This document shows positions 1 through 13,139 of a stretch of DNA of 33,952 nucleotides, in pieces. This DNA comes from Priapulus caudatus (Eukaryota). The stretch lies in the NCBI RefSeq assembly GCF_000485595.1, contig NW_014577088.1:350536-384487 (forward strand). Direction: 5' to 3'. Below the pieces are notes generated by a model. The model did no database searches. It saw only the letters and a program-made list of their open reading frames with translations, and was not told the origin of the DNA. Position 1 is the stretch's first letter, and every line of letters starts with the position of its first letter. The translations under genes and the position numbers were made by a program.

Positions 1-805
1 AATTAACATTATCATTACATAATTCTTCAGCGCCACATATGTATTGCAAGCCTCTACCTTCGGTCTGGAGACATCCTACACATTAAAACATAAGCCCCAT
101 GTTCGGTTTATACACATGATCTGATGTAGTATCCAAATATATTTTTAGCAGTCACACCCAAAAACCTCGACATCACTACTTACTACACTGTAAAAGTATA
201 GGCTCCCAACATGGTATCTTCTGTCGGGTTATAGACACATATCTTAAAGCTGCCATCTACGGAAGCATAATCAATAAACTAGTTATCTTAATCGAATCTT
301 GTTTTTGTTTTACCGAAATCTCGGTATCTCCAAATCACATGATCATGGATTCAATCTATAATCCCCACATACATCGATGGCCTGCGGCTTCAAACTACAA
401 TTACTGTCGCTATATAGAACACACAAAACGTAGCGCGCACGTACGCGTGCTTTCTACGCATGCACGTGCACACACCCGCCTAACTATGATTTGCGCACGT
501 TCATTAAAGCAGATTGCTGCCAATAATGTTGATTTTGCCAGCCTACAATCTGACGCGCACGGTGTTGCATCACCTGATGTTGCAGGTGAGTGTAGATATG
601 GTGTATCACTACTTCGACGTGCGAGAATATGCATTGCTGACGTGACTTTTGTTACATTGAATTCCCAAAATTTTAAAATACAGCATGCATTCTTTTGAAT
701 ATTATATAATATATAAAGTTATATATATATATGTTTTCAACTTTAAATGTGTCTTATAACGGTTCATCGTATCACACGCGATAGATTGTGACAAGGGAAA
801 TCCAG

Positions 806-1152
806 GGTGATACTCCATTAGGAGTGTTCCCAACTTTAATGTCATATTAATGGTTATAATAACACACACATATATATATATATATGGTCATGGTCATATA
901 TTAGTTTGTGGTTTAGGGTTATGGTTAGGGTTAGGGTTAGGATTATCAATCATTAATCATTAATTATTAATCATTAATGATATCAAAGTTGGGAACAATC
1001 TTAATGTTAATTATGTCATGTCATTTAGGTTAGGGTTAGAGTTAGGATTAGGGTTAGGGTTAGGGTTAGAGTTAGGATTATCAATCATTAATCATTAATT
1101 ATTAATCATTAATGATATCAAAGTTGGGAACACTCTTAATGGAGCGTTAGCC
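806..1152. mobile_element. MITE with 9-bp TSD (Mutator-like) carrying internal TTAGGG repeats
   Basis: TSD gaaatccag at 797-805 and 1153-1161; GG...CC termini; TIR core ctccattaggagtgttcccaacttt / aaagttgggaacactcttaatggag; TTAGGG runs at ~913-941 and ~1026-1078; internal duplication of the right subterminal block. Confidence 0.8.
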
Positions 1153-3103
1153 GAAATCCAGACGAAGTCCTTACTAACGAGTAGTCTAGGTAATTGGTGG
1201 CCGTTTGAAAGATGCGACTCAATAGTGAGAATAGAGCGAATTTTTGAAAGAGCGTTTGTATTTAATTCGGCCGCGTAAAGGATCTAGCTAAAAGAACAAA
1301 AAATACCCACAAAGTGTATTTACACTGCTTTATGTGGCGATACGCCATTTATAAACGTGCCTTTCCGGGCAAACTACAGCAAATTAACTGTAGAACGTAA
1401 CAGTAAATCCTGTATAAATAATAAATCGAACGTTGTATAGCATCGAATGAAAATCCCAACAGAGGTAAAATCTGTAATATTAGTCAAAGGCGTTATAAGC
1501 TGATTGAATTCGCTGCAGAGCGACAGCTGCGACACCTTTCGACCTACCCTCAGCGGCGTATGCAAACCACCGCTTACAATTTCCGCCTTCTACTTTCTAG
1601 GCAAAACGCCAGGAATAAACGTATTCCAGTGACATTTTCGTGTGCATGTGACTGTATGTATAAATGAAGCAACCTTGAAATATTGACCTTTTGCGAGATT
1701 TTACGTTTGACGCAAGGGTTTACGGTTTGTACTTGGATTACGGTTAGATTTTACGGTTTTTGTCGCAAGGGACAGTTAAAAGTTGTAACGTATATGGAGT
1801 GATGTTCCAATTCAATTACCAGCAGCGTTGGTGAGTGTTAGTTATTACCTATTATCGCCAGATGAATGATTCGATAATCATAAAAGTACTAATTATAAAT
1901 TAAGAACATGAATAATTAAATCTGAAAATGCTTGCATTGAGCACATTAATCGTGCAACGCATTACACGTCTGACAAGTAGCTACACGCAGAGACGCATAT
2001 ATTTCTTACTGGTGACGATGCGGTAATGATTCATAACTGCGATACATACTAAGCACCGCTGCCATTCAAACACCATTGAACCCAATTCTTATACGTCGCG
2101 TCGATTTCAAATACAGCCCCGGCACGACGTGGCAAATAACTGGTCTCCCATGACCAGCAAAGGCTCGCCGCATAAGAAAATTGAGGGCAGAGAGATCAGT
2201 GTAAAATTGCATCGCGGTGCTGTTGGCTCATTCTCGTCGGCAATTGCGTTCGCTTTACATTCCATTGCGACGTCCGAGGTTTGGTACAGCCTCACAATCC
2301 CGAGACACGATAGTAATGTTGCTCAGTATTCGGTAGACAGCTCGTCGCTGTTTTCAGATTCAGCTTTCACGCGTCGGAGGTGATTAAACTAGCAGTATTG
2401 GGTTGGCAAGCATGAAGCATATGAAGGAAATGGTATTGTGACGAGTGTTGAAATGTTCGTTCTCGCGCTTGGAAATTGCTGGGCTGTGTTTACCACGAGT
2501 CAGCGCGGTGCGCAGCCTTGTTTAACACAGCGTTGACAAACATCTCTGCCATTCAGGGTAGGCCAACGGCTAATTTCATCAAATATATTTGTGAACCATG
2601 TCTCTCTCCGCTTTACGATATTTGCGCGAAGTCGTACAGTACGTGAGTCGACGCTTACCTTTTGTGTATATACATAGCCAGTACGTTATATAGCTGTAGG
2701 CCTACGCATAGTGCTCCCTTGTGTGTCACTGTACCAGATACACACGTACAGCGCCCCGATTGCATACACCAAGGAAAAAGAGAATATATACGTGTATTTT
2801 CAATGATCTCTAGCGTATAAAAAGCGAGCAATTTGATTTCGGTGCAGCTTCTTGCAAGATATCTTTCTGTGCTTAGGAAAAAAATTAGTAACAAATTTCA
2901 AACGACACAAGGATGTTAACCTTGTTTGCGTTGTGATGGCAAACGTACCGGTTTAATTCAATTGCAAAAACCAATTCGGCTACCTGTTAAGTGTATTACC
3001 AGATAATGTAATATATACCCGTCTAAATTCTGCCAGGCACATTTTAATTTTAATTTAATTATTTAAATTCTATCTATCTATCTATCTATCTATTTAGATT
3101 TAA

Positions 3104-4454
3104 GGATACGCAGCAGCGCGTAGCGGAGGCGCGGGTTGCGCAAGGGTATTGCTCTAGTGAAGATTAAACGTTTATTGGCCGAATGAATCGAATCAATCAC
3201 TTGTTTTATTTATAGAGGAAAATATATCTCTATGCTCAAGCCAAAACAGCGATATTCCATCGAAAATTTACCAGCACCGCGTAGTAATTATGTTAGCCAC
3301 ACAAATTTTTTGAATTTTTATGTCCAGTTACCGCCCAATGGTATTTTGGAATATTTCTCAGATACCAGAGGAGTGAGGATACAAAATTTTTGCGCACATG
3401 TAAGCAGCAATTATGGACCAAAAATAGGCGGCGTCAGGGGAATGTCCTTTCTTTGAATTTAGCATATTTAGCCGAGTTAGAGGGACAAAACTCGAAAAAA
3501 CTGCTTAAAATCAAGTTGTGTGAAAAAAATAGAAAAATTTTAGCGCAATAAAGAGGCATAACTATAGTAAGGCACTTAATAACAATCGCGGTGCCGCTTA
3601 GCCCGTGACGCGCGGCTTTTTACCAACAAATGTTACCGATTCACCAATAATAGAGTAGTAGAGGTGGTGAGCTATGAACTCGCGGAGTATGTAAATCACA
3701 GAGAAATATCCATTTATACATCGCTACTATGTCAGAATCGAAACGGACAAATCAGCTTTTTCTATTTTTTCACATGAGTGACCGCCTGTGTGCAAATGGG
3801 TGAACGTATGTGATATATCTAATTGTTAGTAACTTACTCGGGCGTAGGGACATATCCATGATGAGCTGACAACGCACTAAATTGCTTAAAATGTTTCCAG
3901 TTGCACCTTGAGAATTTCTGAGAAATTACGAGGTTACCAATCCGGGCAAGGCAAAACGGCGCAGAAAACTCTCCCGCTCATACCTGAACGTCAACAAAAG
4001 CTAATATGCAGACAAACACTGCAGGTCGCGCTGTAGCCGGCCGCACTACAGCTAAGCGTGTGTTGCGCTGTTGCGGGTGTTAGAACTATTTGGGCGTGGG
4101 ATACTTATAGGATGACTAGCAGATTGTTACATGAATGTACAGATAATGTAATGACAGCTTCGAGCAGGGTTGGTTACCGTGAAGTAATACCTGCAGCGCT
4201 TATTTATACTAGTGAATATCGTGTTGAGTCCTCCCGCACGCTGACTTCTGCACGTCAATAGATGACGTCAGCCCTAGCTGCTTACTACGATGTACGGCGG
4301 GCAAAGCAAAAACGCTCTGAGGGTTCACATGTACCGTTATATGGAGAGAATCGCGTACGGCATGTATCACAGTGGGACATAGTGTTAAGCCATCGAATAA
4401 AGTTGAAAACGAAAAATCGATGCAATTTCATGGGCACAACGTTGGTCAGTATCC
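3104..4454. mobile_element. Candidate Kolobok-like non-autonomous element (TTAA-flanked)
   Basis: TTAA-GGATAC at 3100-3109 and GTATCC-TTAA at 4449-4458. A TTAA target with purine-purine termini fits Kolobok. The TIR is imperfect beyond 6 bp and no transposase ORF is seen. Confidence 0.5.
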
Positions 4455-4472
4455 TTAATTTAATTATTTAAT

Positions 4473-5157
4473 TCTATCTATCTATCTAATCTATCTATCT
4501 ATCTATCTATCTAATCTATCTAATTTATCTATTTATCTATCTATGCTATCTAATCTATCTATCTATCTATCTATCTATCTATTCTAATCGTCGTCCCGTC
4601 CCGTCCGCGTCCCGTCCGGCGTCCCCGTCCCGTCTCGATCCATACCGCCGCCGCCCCGTCCGCGGTCCCGCCCGCGTCCCGTCCCGTCCGCCGTCGCCGT
4701 CGCCGTCGCGCGTCCCGTCGCGCCCTCAGCCTCCCGTCCCGTCCCGTCCCGTCCGTCCGTCCCGTCCCGTCCCGTCGCCGTCGCCGTCCCCGTCCCGTCC
4801 CGTCCCAGTCCGCGTCCCGTCCCGTCCCGTCCCGTTCCCGTCCCGTCCGTCCCGTCGCGGTCCGATCCGTGCCCGTCCCGTCCCGTCCGCGTCCGCCGTC
4901 GCCGCTCCGACGTCCACGTGCCGTCCCGTCCCGTCCCAGTCCGCGCCTTCCGACGTCCCGTCCCCGTCCCAGTCCCGGTCCCGTCCCGTCCCGTCCGTCC
5001 GTCCCGTCCCGTCGCCGTCCCCGCTCCCGTCCCGCCGATGCCCGTCCCCGTCCGCGTCCGCGTCCCGTGAATCCGTCGCCGCGTCCCGTTCCGTCCGCGT
5101 CCCGGTCGCATCCATCCATGGCCATTACCATCCATCTATATGATATATCTATCTATC

Positions 5158-5212
<55 letters not shown>

Positions 5213-6260
5213 AATCTATCATATCTATCTAATCTATTATCGTAGTTTCATCTATCTATCTATCTACTATATATCTATCTATCTATTAATCTATTATCTA
5301 TTTATCTATCTATCTATCTAATCTAATCTTATCTATCTATCTATCTATCCTATCTATCTATCTAAATCTAAATTTCTACCCCATCCATGTGACCATCCAT
5401 CCATGTAGCCATGCCATCGCCGAGATACCATAACCATCCATAACCGCGCGCAGGTCCCGTCCCGACTCCTCGGCATCCCGTCCCGTCGCCCGGTCCCGTC
5501 CCGTCCCGTCCCCAGTCCCGTCCGTCCGCGTCCCGTCCCGTCCCGATCGCGGTCGCCGTCACGGTCCCGTCCGTCCGTCCCGTCCCGGTCCCGTCCGTCG
5601 CCGTCCCGTCCGCCGTCCCGTCCCGTCAGCCGTCCCGTCCCGTCCCGATCCCGTCCCGTCCCGTCGATCCGTCCCGTCCGGCGTCCCGTCCCGTCCCGTC
5701 CCGGTCCGTCCCGTCCCGCCCGTCCATCCATGATGCTACCATCCATCCGTCGCAAGGCTCAGCATCCTATCTATCTGGATTCGGCTACCCCATCCGTCCG
5801 TGGCCGTCCGTCCGTTCGTCCGTCCGTCATGCCCGTCCTTCCGTCCGTCGCTTCCCTTGACTCGCCTTAGCCGTCCCGTCCGTCCGTTCGTCCGTCGTCG
5901 TCCGTCCGTCCGTCCGTCCGTGCCGTCCGTCCGTCGTGGCCCGTCCGTCCGTCCGTCCGTCCGTGCCGTTCCGTTCGTTCGTTCGTTCGTGTGCCGTTTG
6001 TGCTCGTGCGTCCGTTTGTCGCCGTCCGTCTGTGCGTGTACGGTACCCGTCCGTCGCACCGCTACCGTGCCGTCGTGTTAGCTGCTCTGTCTGTCGTGCC
6101 TGTTCTGTCTGTCTATCTGGCTGTCCATCAGTGACGGTTCTGTCTGTCCGTCCCCCGTGTCTAATCTCTGTCGGTCCTCTGTCCGTTCGTTCCCGGCTAT
6201 TCGTTCTACGGTCTAGCCGTCCGTCCGTCGTGTCGGGCCTATCGTCCGTCCGTACGTCCC
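4473..6260 (+). repeat. Compound microsatellite: (CTAT)n alternating with (CCCGT)n/(CCGT)n
   Basis: CTAT blocks ~4473-4585 and ~5130-5375; CCCGT blocks ~4590-5105 and ~5450-5725; CCGT/TCGT ~5790-6260. Confidence 0.95.
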
Positions 6261-6279
6261 ATTATTATTTTATTCATTC

Positions 6280-9200
6280 CGCATAAATCACTATACTTGA
6301 CTGAGTCCAAGGCCGAAATCGTCTTTGGACTCGTGGCTATCAACCCTCTTACGCATCCAGGTTGTGGATATTCAAATTTAGACGTTGATTGAACGCATTC
6401 AGATCTCGTTAGGAGCAACAGAGGAGCCCGATGACACACCGGAATGGGATTCCACAAGCAGTAAATTGTGTACAGCATGAGAGTAAGTTTAAAAAAATAG
6501 CTCTAGGAAATGGTCGCGTCGGTGTTGCTCCTCGAGACCTGCAATTGGTTTCGATGACTGTGAACATCAACGTTTCTATCAGACATCCAGCAGGTTTGTG
6601 CTGCCTCCCTAGATGCAACGTAGTAATCAGACTATCAGCGGCTGTGCTGCCCCCTTGATCAAACGTTGTATCAGACATCAGCAGGTTTGCTTGCCTCCTA
6701 GATCAAACGTAGTGTCACTGACATCAGCAGCTGTGCTGCCGCCTAGATTCAACGGTAGCTGTCAGAACATCAGCAGCTGTCTGCCCCGCTAGATCACGTT
6801 TATCAGACATCAGCCCGCCTGTGCTGCCACCTAGATTCAACCTTGTATAGAGAAGCTCGTGAGCCTCGGTGTAACAGGCACGTGTAATGCGTATAAGGTG
6901 ACTAAGGGTGTGACCAGGTTCGTGTACAGCAGATACGTGTGCAAATAGGGCACTTAAGGCCACAAACAGTATAATTAATGCTATAACCACTGAATTACTA
7001 CGGTAACTTCTATTCCTTTGAAATAAAACATTAACATAATAACACATACAGCGCCCATATCTTATACACCAGGCACATAATGAACAAGCGACTGGTTTAC
7101 AAATGCAGAGTACATATATTACGAGCCGTGAGTTCTGCCGAAGATCCGCAGGCAGGTCGCTGGCGGTGTCCAATGGTGGACGGTAGCGTGTGATCCGCCA
7201 CAGGTGAGATCAGCGGAACCTGGTGCTGACAGCGTCGGGGCTGTCAGGCAGGCCGTGAACCAGTGTCTGTGCTTCTTGTCGAAACTGTTCGGTATTTATA
7301 CACTGGAGGAATTGCATGGCACCTGAGCGTGGTGCAAGGGCCTTGTTGGCGTGCGATTGGTGCAATCCTGTCCTTTCTCCAGATTTTTATGGATAACTGA
7401 AGGTGAGTAAAGCTGTGACGCTTCTTGAGTCTGGTGGTGGGAACCGCGGCAGTCCGATTCATGTTCTTCATATTTCCCATAGTTCACATTTGTCGGCGGC
7501 GTCGTTGTTTGTTCGTTTATCAGTTCGGCATGTGACATCAAGGTGTGATGTCGCTTCTATAGGTACTAAAAATCTCATAGTGTCGGCCTTGTGTAGGTGA
7601 CTACTCCCCTTCTCTCTCTGCCGTCGCCATATTTTTCTTTTCTTTTGTGGGTCACCGCGCGCGACACGCGGTGCGGCGTGTGGCGGCTGGTGGAGCAGGA
7701 CCTGGTGTTCCCTACGCTTGTGCCTTGGGCTGTTACTAAACTAACCTATGACCCGTGTCGTTAGTTTTATACTAGGTTAAATAATTTGATTATCTAAACG
7801 TCATACATTGTATCAGACATGCAGCGGCTTGTGCTGGGCCCTCCCTAGATCAAGCCTTGTGATGCAGCACATCAGCGTGCTGTGCTGCCACTAGATCAAA
7901 CGTTGTATCAGACATCAGCGGGCTGTGCTGCCACCTAGATCACAGTAGTATCAGACTATCAGCGGCTGTGCTGCCCTATGACCTCAACGTTGTTATGCAG
8001 AGCCTATCCCGAGCGCGGCTGTGCTGGCCTCCTAGATCAAACGCTTGTGTCAGACATCTAGCGCTGTGGCTGCCCCCTAGATCACCGTTTAATCCAGACT
8101 GACTTGAGCTCGCTGCTGCTAGCCCGCTAGCCCATAGATTCAACGTTGTATCAGACTATCAGCGACTCGGGCATGCCTGTCCCCTAATCAACGTTGTGTC
8201 AGACCATCAGGCGCTGTGCTGCCGGTCGCAGGGCTCCGCCTTGTCGACCTGCCGCCCGTGGCATAGATCACCGTTGTGCATTCAGACTATCAGTGGCTAG
8301 TGCTGCCCCCCGTCGGCTAGATCAAGCGTTGTGTCAGACAATCAGCGGCTGTGCTGCCCCTAGATCAACGTTGTACCCGTCAGACTCATAGTCAGCGTGC
8401 TGTGCTGCCCCCTAGATCACCGCTTGTATCAGACTATCAGCGGCTTGGTGCTGCCGCCCGTAGAATCAACCATTAGTATCGAGACTATCAGCGGCTGTGC
8501 TGCCCTAGCCCCTAGATCAACGTGTATCAGACTATCAGGCGCTTGCTGCCTCGTCGGACCTAGATCAAACGTTGTATCAGACTATCGCGCTGGTGCTGCC
8601 CGTCGGGCCCTAGATAAGGCTGTGTGTATCAGGAACATATCAGGCGGCAGGCTTCGGCAATGCCCCCTAGATCAACGTTGTAATCAAGACAATCAAAGCC
8701 GGCGTGTCGCTGCCCCCCATAAGATCAAGTTGTAATCAGACTAATCAGCGGCAGTGCCTAGATCGAACGTTGTATGCAGACTATCAGCGGCAGTCTGCCA
8801 CCGGCCCTAGTCAGATCAACGTTGCGCCATCAGCCTATCGGGCTCAGCGGCAAGTTGCGCCATAAGAATCAACGTTGTATCAGACTATCACGGCTGTGCT
8901 GCCCCCTAGATCAAGACGTTGTATCAGACTAATCAGCGGCTGTGCTGCCGCCTAAGATCACAGCGGTGTTGCTATTCCTCAGACTATCAGCGGCTGTGCT
9001 GCGCCACCTAAGATCAACGTTGTCAGTGATCAAACGGAGCGCTTAAGCGGCTGTGCTGGCCCCTAGATAATGTTAGTATCAGACTATCAGGCGGGCACTG
9101 TGCCTGCCCGCTTAGATCGAGACCCGTGTTAAATGCAGCGGCAACTTTGAACCCTCGAAGCATAGTGTAGTTTGCTCTCATAGACGGTTTGCAACGACAC

Positions 9201-12200
9201 CACATAGCAGCACTTAAACTCATGAACTACTCTACTATAATCGACGCGTTGGTGAAGGCGGCGTGATCGTGTGAATCTGTAATTTCTAATTATCTAGCGA
9301 TGTTGGAGTAACACTCGTGGAAATAGGGGGGCGTGGCGCTAGCAGATAACTCGTGACTACTAGAAATCAACAGTAGGTAACGGGCTGACTCTTGGTCCGG
9401 CCGCTTCTGTTTCATCACCGTTCGAACACGTGCAAGCCAGCCAGCTGGTCTTCAGCTTCGCCGCTCACCGTCAGAAAAGACACCGAATGCAGCGTCGATG
9501 ATCGTGCAGATGACTTTACCCTATGTGATGGTATCTGGCAATATTTCACCGCAGTCAATTATGTAACCATGTTACTGTTCTTACAAATGTTAAAAAATGA
9601 AGCTTTGCCAAAATACGCTTTAATTTCTTTGCCACAGTCCGCCTGACATTCTGTGAAATCGGCATGAAATGCCGGCAATCCTCTTAGAGCGAGAGACACC
9701 TTTTATTGGGTGAGAAAATGACTAGGCTAGCGCAGTCGAGGTAACGAGGATCCTTGCCCAACGAGGGGAGAGTATAGACAATTCGGTATCGGCTCTGTCT
9801 AGATGCACTCATTGGCGGAAGGGATGGGGTGCTGGCAGGCGGATCGGACTGTCCCTGGCGCAGCAGATCCGGGTGCGGGGAGATGCTGAGACCGCAAAGG
9901 CCAGGAGTTGATAGACACTGGCTGCATGAGGTCAAATACTTGCAATGGCAGGAATCTTGCCGCGAATCGCAAACAACGAAACACTGATATGGCCGATTTA
10001 AGGTTCTTTGCTGCAGCGCTGGGTCTAATACAATTTACGATCATTAGCAGTAATAGCTGCGTAGACCACGAGTACAGTCGACACGTGGATTGATGGCAGT
10101 CGATTGAATTCACCGAGACCGTGGCAGTGGGCGAGAGAGGTTCTAGTCGATTAAATTACTGTCGTGCATGGCATCAAGCTCGGAACGCTGATTGGATGCA
10201 GAGATCATGATGCCCGACGCGTTGGGCCTGGGCATTATGAAGGGGCTTCGCGCATCTACGGCCTGCCCTGTCGCGTGTGATGTTTCTTCTAGAGCATATA
10301 CTAAATGCACACTAATGTAGCGATTTTCGATGGTGTGTTCGCTGAGCTTTCATATTTTGGATATAAGCTAGCGGGAAACGGAACTTCGGCGTTGTGGACT
10401 GAAATGCATAACAGATGATGAGACTATTATATAGGAGGAACTCTTATGCCCTCTTGATACGAAGTCATACGTCAGTGTTATTTCATACAATTTCATACAC
10501 GGAATGTACGAAAAAAAAAATTGTTTTCTCTAAAAGAGCTCGGGGGAAAATGGATCTGTGCCAGGTTGAATCAGTATGTTTAACGAACAGGGCGAAAAGC
10601 CCAAAGAATATACTAGATCCAAATGCGTAATAAATGTTTACGTAACTGTTATGTGGTAATATATTAAAAATTGTAATTTAAAGACTGAAATGACGCCTTC
10701 CAAAAGGTCACGCAGAAATGCTGGTATGGTTTTGGCCTTTAAAATAAATTATGGTTCCTGAGATTCAATCAATTGTAAGAGGAATTGCGGATTACACTAG
10801 CATCACCTTTCCGCTTATATACACGAATGTTATAGATTAAATCAGCAGCTCTTCTCGTCCAGCGGGGTGGCCTCCGCCTACACCGGCAGCCATCACTCGA
10901 CGGTATTATTAGTCTAAGCAGCAACACGGGAGAAGACCTACGATCAAATCCAGCAAATGTTCAGACCGTGCGGCCTAAGCATTTGACACGCCTATTCAGA
11001 TAGTGACGCGCACGGGCAAGCGCAACGTGCAAATATTTATACGTATCTGGCATATATCGAATCATACAAGGGCACTGGGCCTCGGTTTATAATCGCGAAT
11101 TAGAAGTGTTTGCTCCCCCAACAGTTTGTGCCGGCGTTTCCGTATTAACGTAGGTCCGAGTAATCGACGAAGCCGCAAAGACTGACGAATTTCACATAGA
11201 TTATGAAAACCTATGAGAAAGGGCCGTAAAAAAGACGACGGTACGATAAATGACGTGCCACGAGTTTTACCACCTTTTATTTGGGTGATCAATATACGTG
11301 CGTAATTAATCTCAAAATAAATATCTATTCCATGGAAAGACCTAATATTGAAATCTGATCTAACATAGGAAATTCTTCATAGTCAAAGTATTATGTTAAC
11401 ATCACTTTGCGTTTGTCTAATCCTCAGCTAATACCACCGTGAACGGAAAACCATGTAGATATGAGCTACACTTTATATTGAACCATATAAACGTCTATTG
11501 AAAATGTTGTTTTCAGGCCATTGAGGCAAAACACCGATATCGTGATGAAATTGTTGCGAATATATCTGAAGAATATGCTGCTTTGATGATAACTGAAAAA
11601 TGTTTGATTACAATGACACTTCAATGGCGTCATAGTGTGTTACTAAGGTCACCACATCATCGGTCTGCTTATGTTCTTGCTCGAATTTTTATACTCATCG
11701 AACAGTTGTATGAAAGGAAAAATGCGCTAGTCGAATGATGGTAGCTCGCCACTACCACTTTATAGGTATAACATGTTACATGACATCGCGCAGTGCAATG
11801 ACGAATGCACCTCGCAAAACGGGTATCTATGTTGCCATCTTGCCTGTTCAATAATTACAAAGCCCGTTACTTAGTTAAAAAAAAACACGGACAATACCGT
11901 TGGGCTCTAGCACCGATAAGGATCTAAGTCAACGAGAAATGCAGTTGAAGAACAAAATTAGCATGAGATCTATATCTATATCTGTTTTATTAATTATTAA
12001 ACGCTCTATTGCGTGTAGTCAAAATGCAAAGTACATGTAGGTGCCTACTGAAGACAGCCTTTTCATGAAGAAAAAATCTGATAAATAGCACGGTGTTTAA
12101 AGCGGTTAAAATCATAAATTTTGCGCAGAGTAACAAACAAGAAAAGGTAGAACAAAACAAGAGTTATACAAGACAAAGCAAAATATAATAGCAAAGACGC

Positions 12201-13100
12201 AGTATGCTTATATATTTGGTAGGGCATAACAAGGATTGCCCATTTTAAATCAATTAAGTTGTCCTACGAGAATGGAAAAACAAGATTTTGCGACATAACG
12301 ATCTAAACAATGAAGCGGAAATAAACGGCTAAGTGTAATAACTTATAAATAACTTACGCTCGGTAGCGCTTAAGATATGCGTGTTTTCATCTAGCTCTCA
12401 AACCTACAGGCGAGGGCGATCATTTTCGGTAACAGATTTGTCGAATGTAGTAATGCAACTGAAACAGACATAATTAGGGTTAAGAATAGGGAAATATAAG
12501 TGAATCATTCGGCAGTAATCAGATGATAAACTCAAACATCCGAGATTTACTAATGTAGTTACACTTTGTAATAACAGTGCACAGGCGAAAAAATACGAGT
12601 TTATAAGGGGCAAATTTTATACACCTCAAAGGCTAGCGAACGGCTGATCCACGCAATGCTCGAAGATCAAATGTGTTATTTCCATTCCGCCGATAAGCGC
12701 AGCTTGCTCTGCTGCTTAAAGCATGATTTAGCCTATCTCAGAAGTTTTATTGCGCTAGAACAATGGAGGCTCTCCGTATTACTGTTTAGGGCCTCACTTA
12801 CCTGGTGGCCTGTCCTGTGAGGCTGCTCGTACATCGGTTTTCACGGCTGATAAGCACGTATCTGCTATTTCGGCAGCAGGAGACTTCAAGCGTCTAGTTC
12901 AGTTGATTGTGTCGCAGCGGCGCATCGTATTCCTAGTTCTCGCCTCATTCGTCGGCGTTGTCAATGTTTTTCGCGAGATTTGTTGGCCCTTTGGGCGAAT
13001 AATTTCGTTCCCGGCCGGACATATCAAGCGCCGTCTCTGACTGATACCCGCCACCGCGTCGTTGCCGTAGATTTTGCTGTTCGGAGTCGCTCAGATGACG
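6280..13100 (+). repeat. Copy A of large tandem duplication (noisy, insertion-rich)
   Basis: Colinear with 13140-18525 from gctatcaac...gatattcaaatt through ttcggagt(t)cgctcagat; differences are mostly scattered 1-2 nt indels. Confidence 0.93.
6560..9120 (+). repeat. Same minisatellite, error-rich copy, interrupted by ~950 bp of unique sequence (~6850-7800)
   Basis: Degenerate tagatcaacgttgtatcagac...gctgtgctgccc units at 6560-6850 and 7800-9120. Confidence 0.9.
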
Positions 13101-13114
13101 GTGATCTCTGCTTG

Positions 13115-13139
13115 NNNNNNNNNNNNNNNNNNNNNNNNN
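13115..13139. other. 25-N placeholder gap at the duplication junction
   Basis: Exactly 25 Ns between the end of copy A and the start of copy B. Confidence 0.95.

Noticed and set aside
913..1078. TTAGGG runs as a chromosome end or fusion scar (also 20095-20136)
   Set aside because: Short, single-orientation and enclosed within TIR pairs, so better explained as transposon cargo.
4571..6286. Long R/G/D/T- and P/S/R/V-rich ORFs
   Set aside because: Translations of (CCCGT)n/(CCGT)n microsatellite, open in several frames on both strands.
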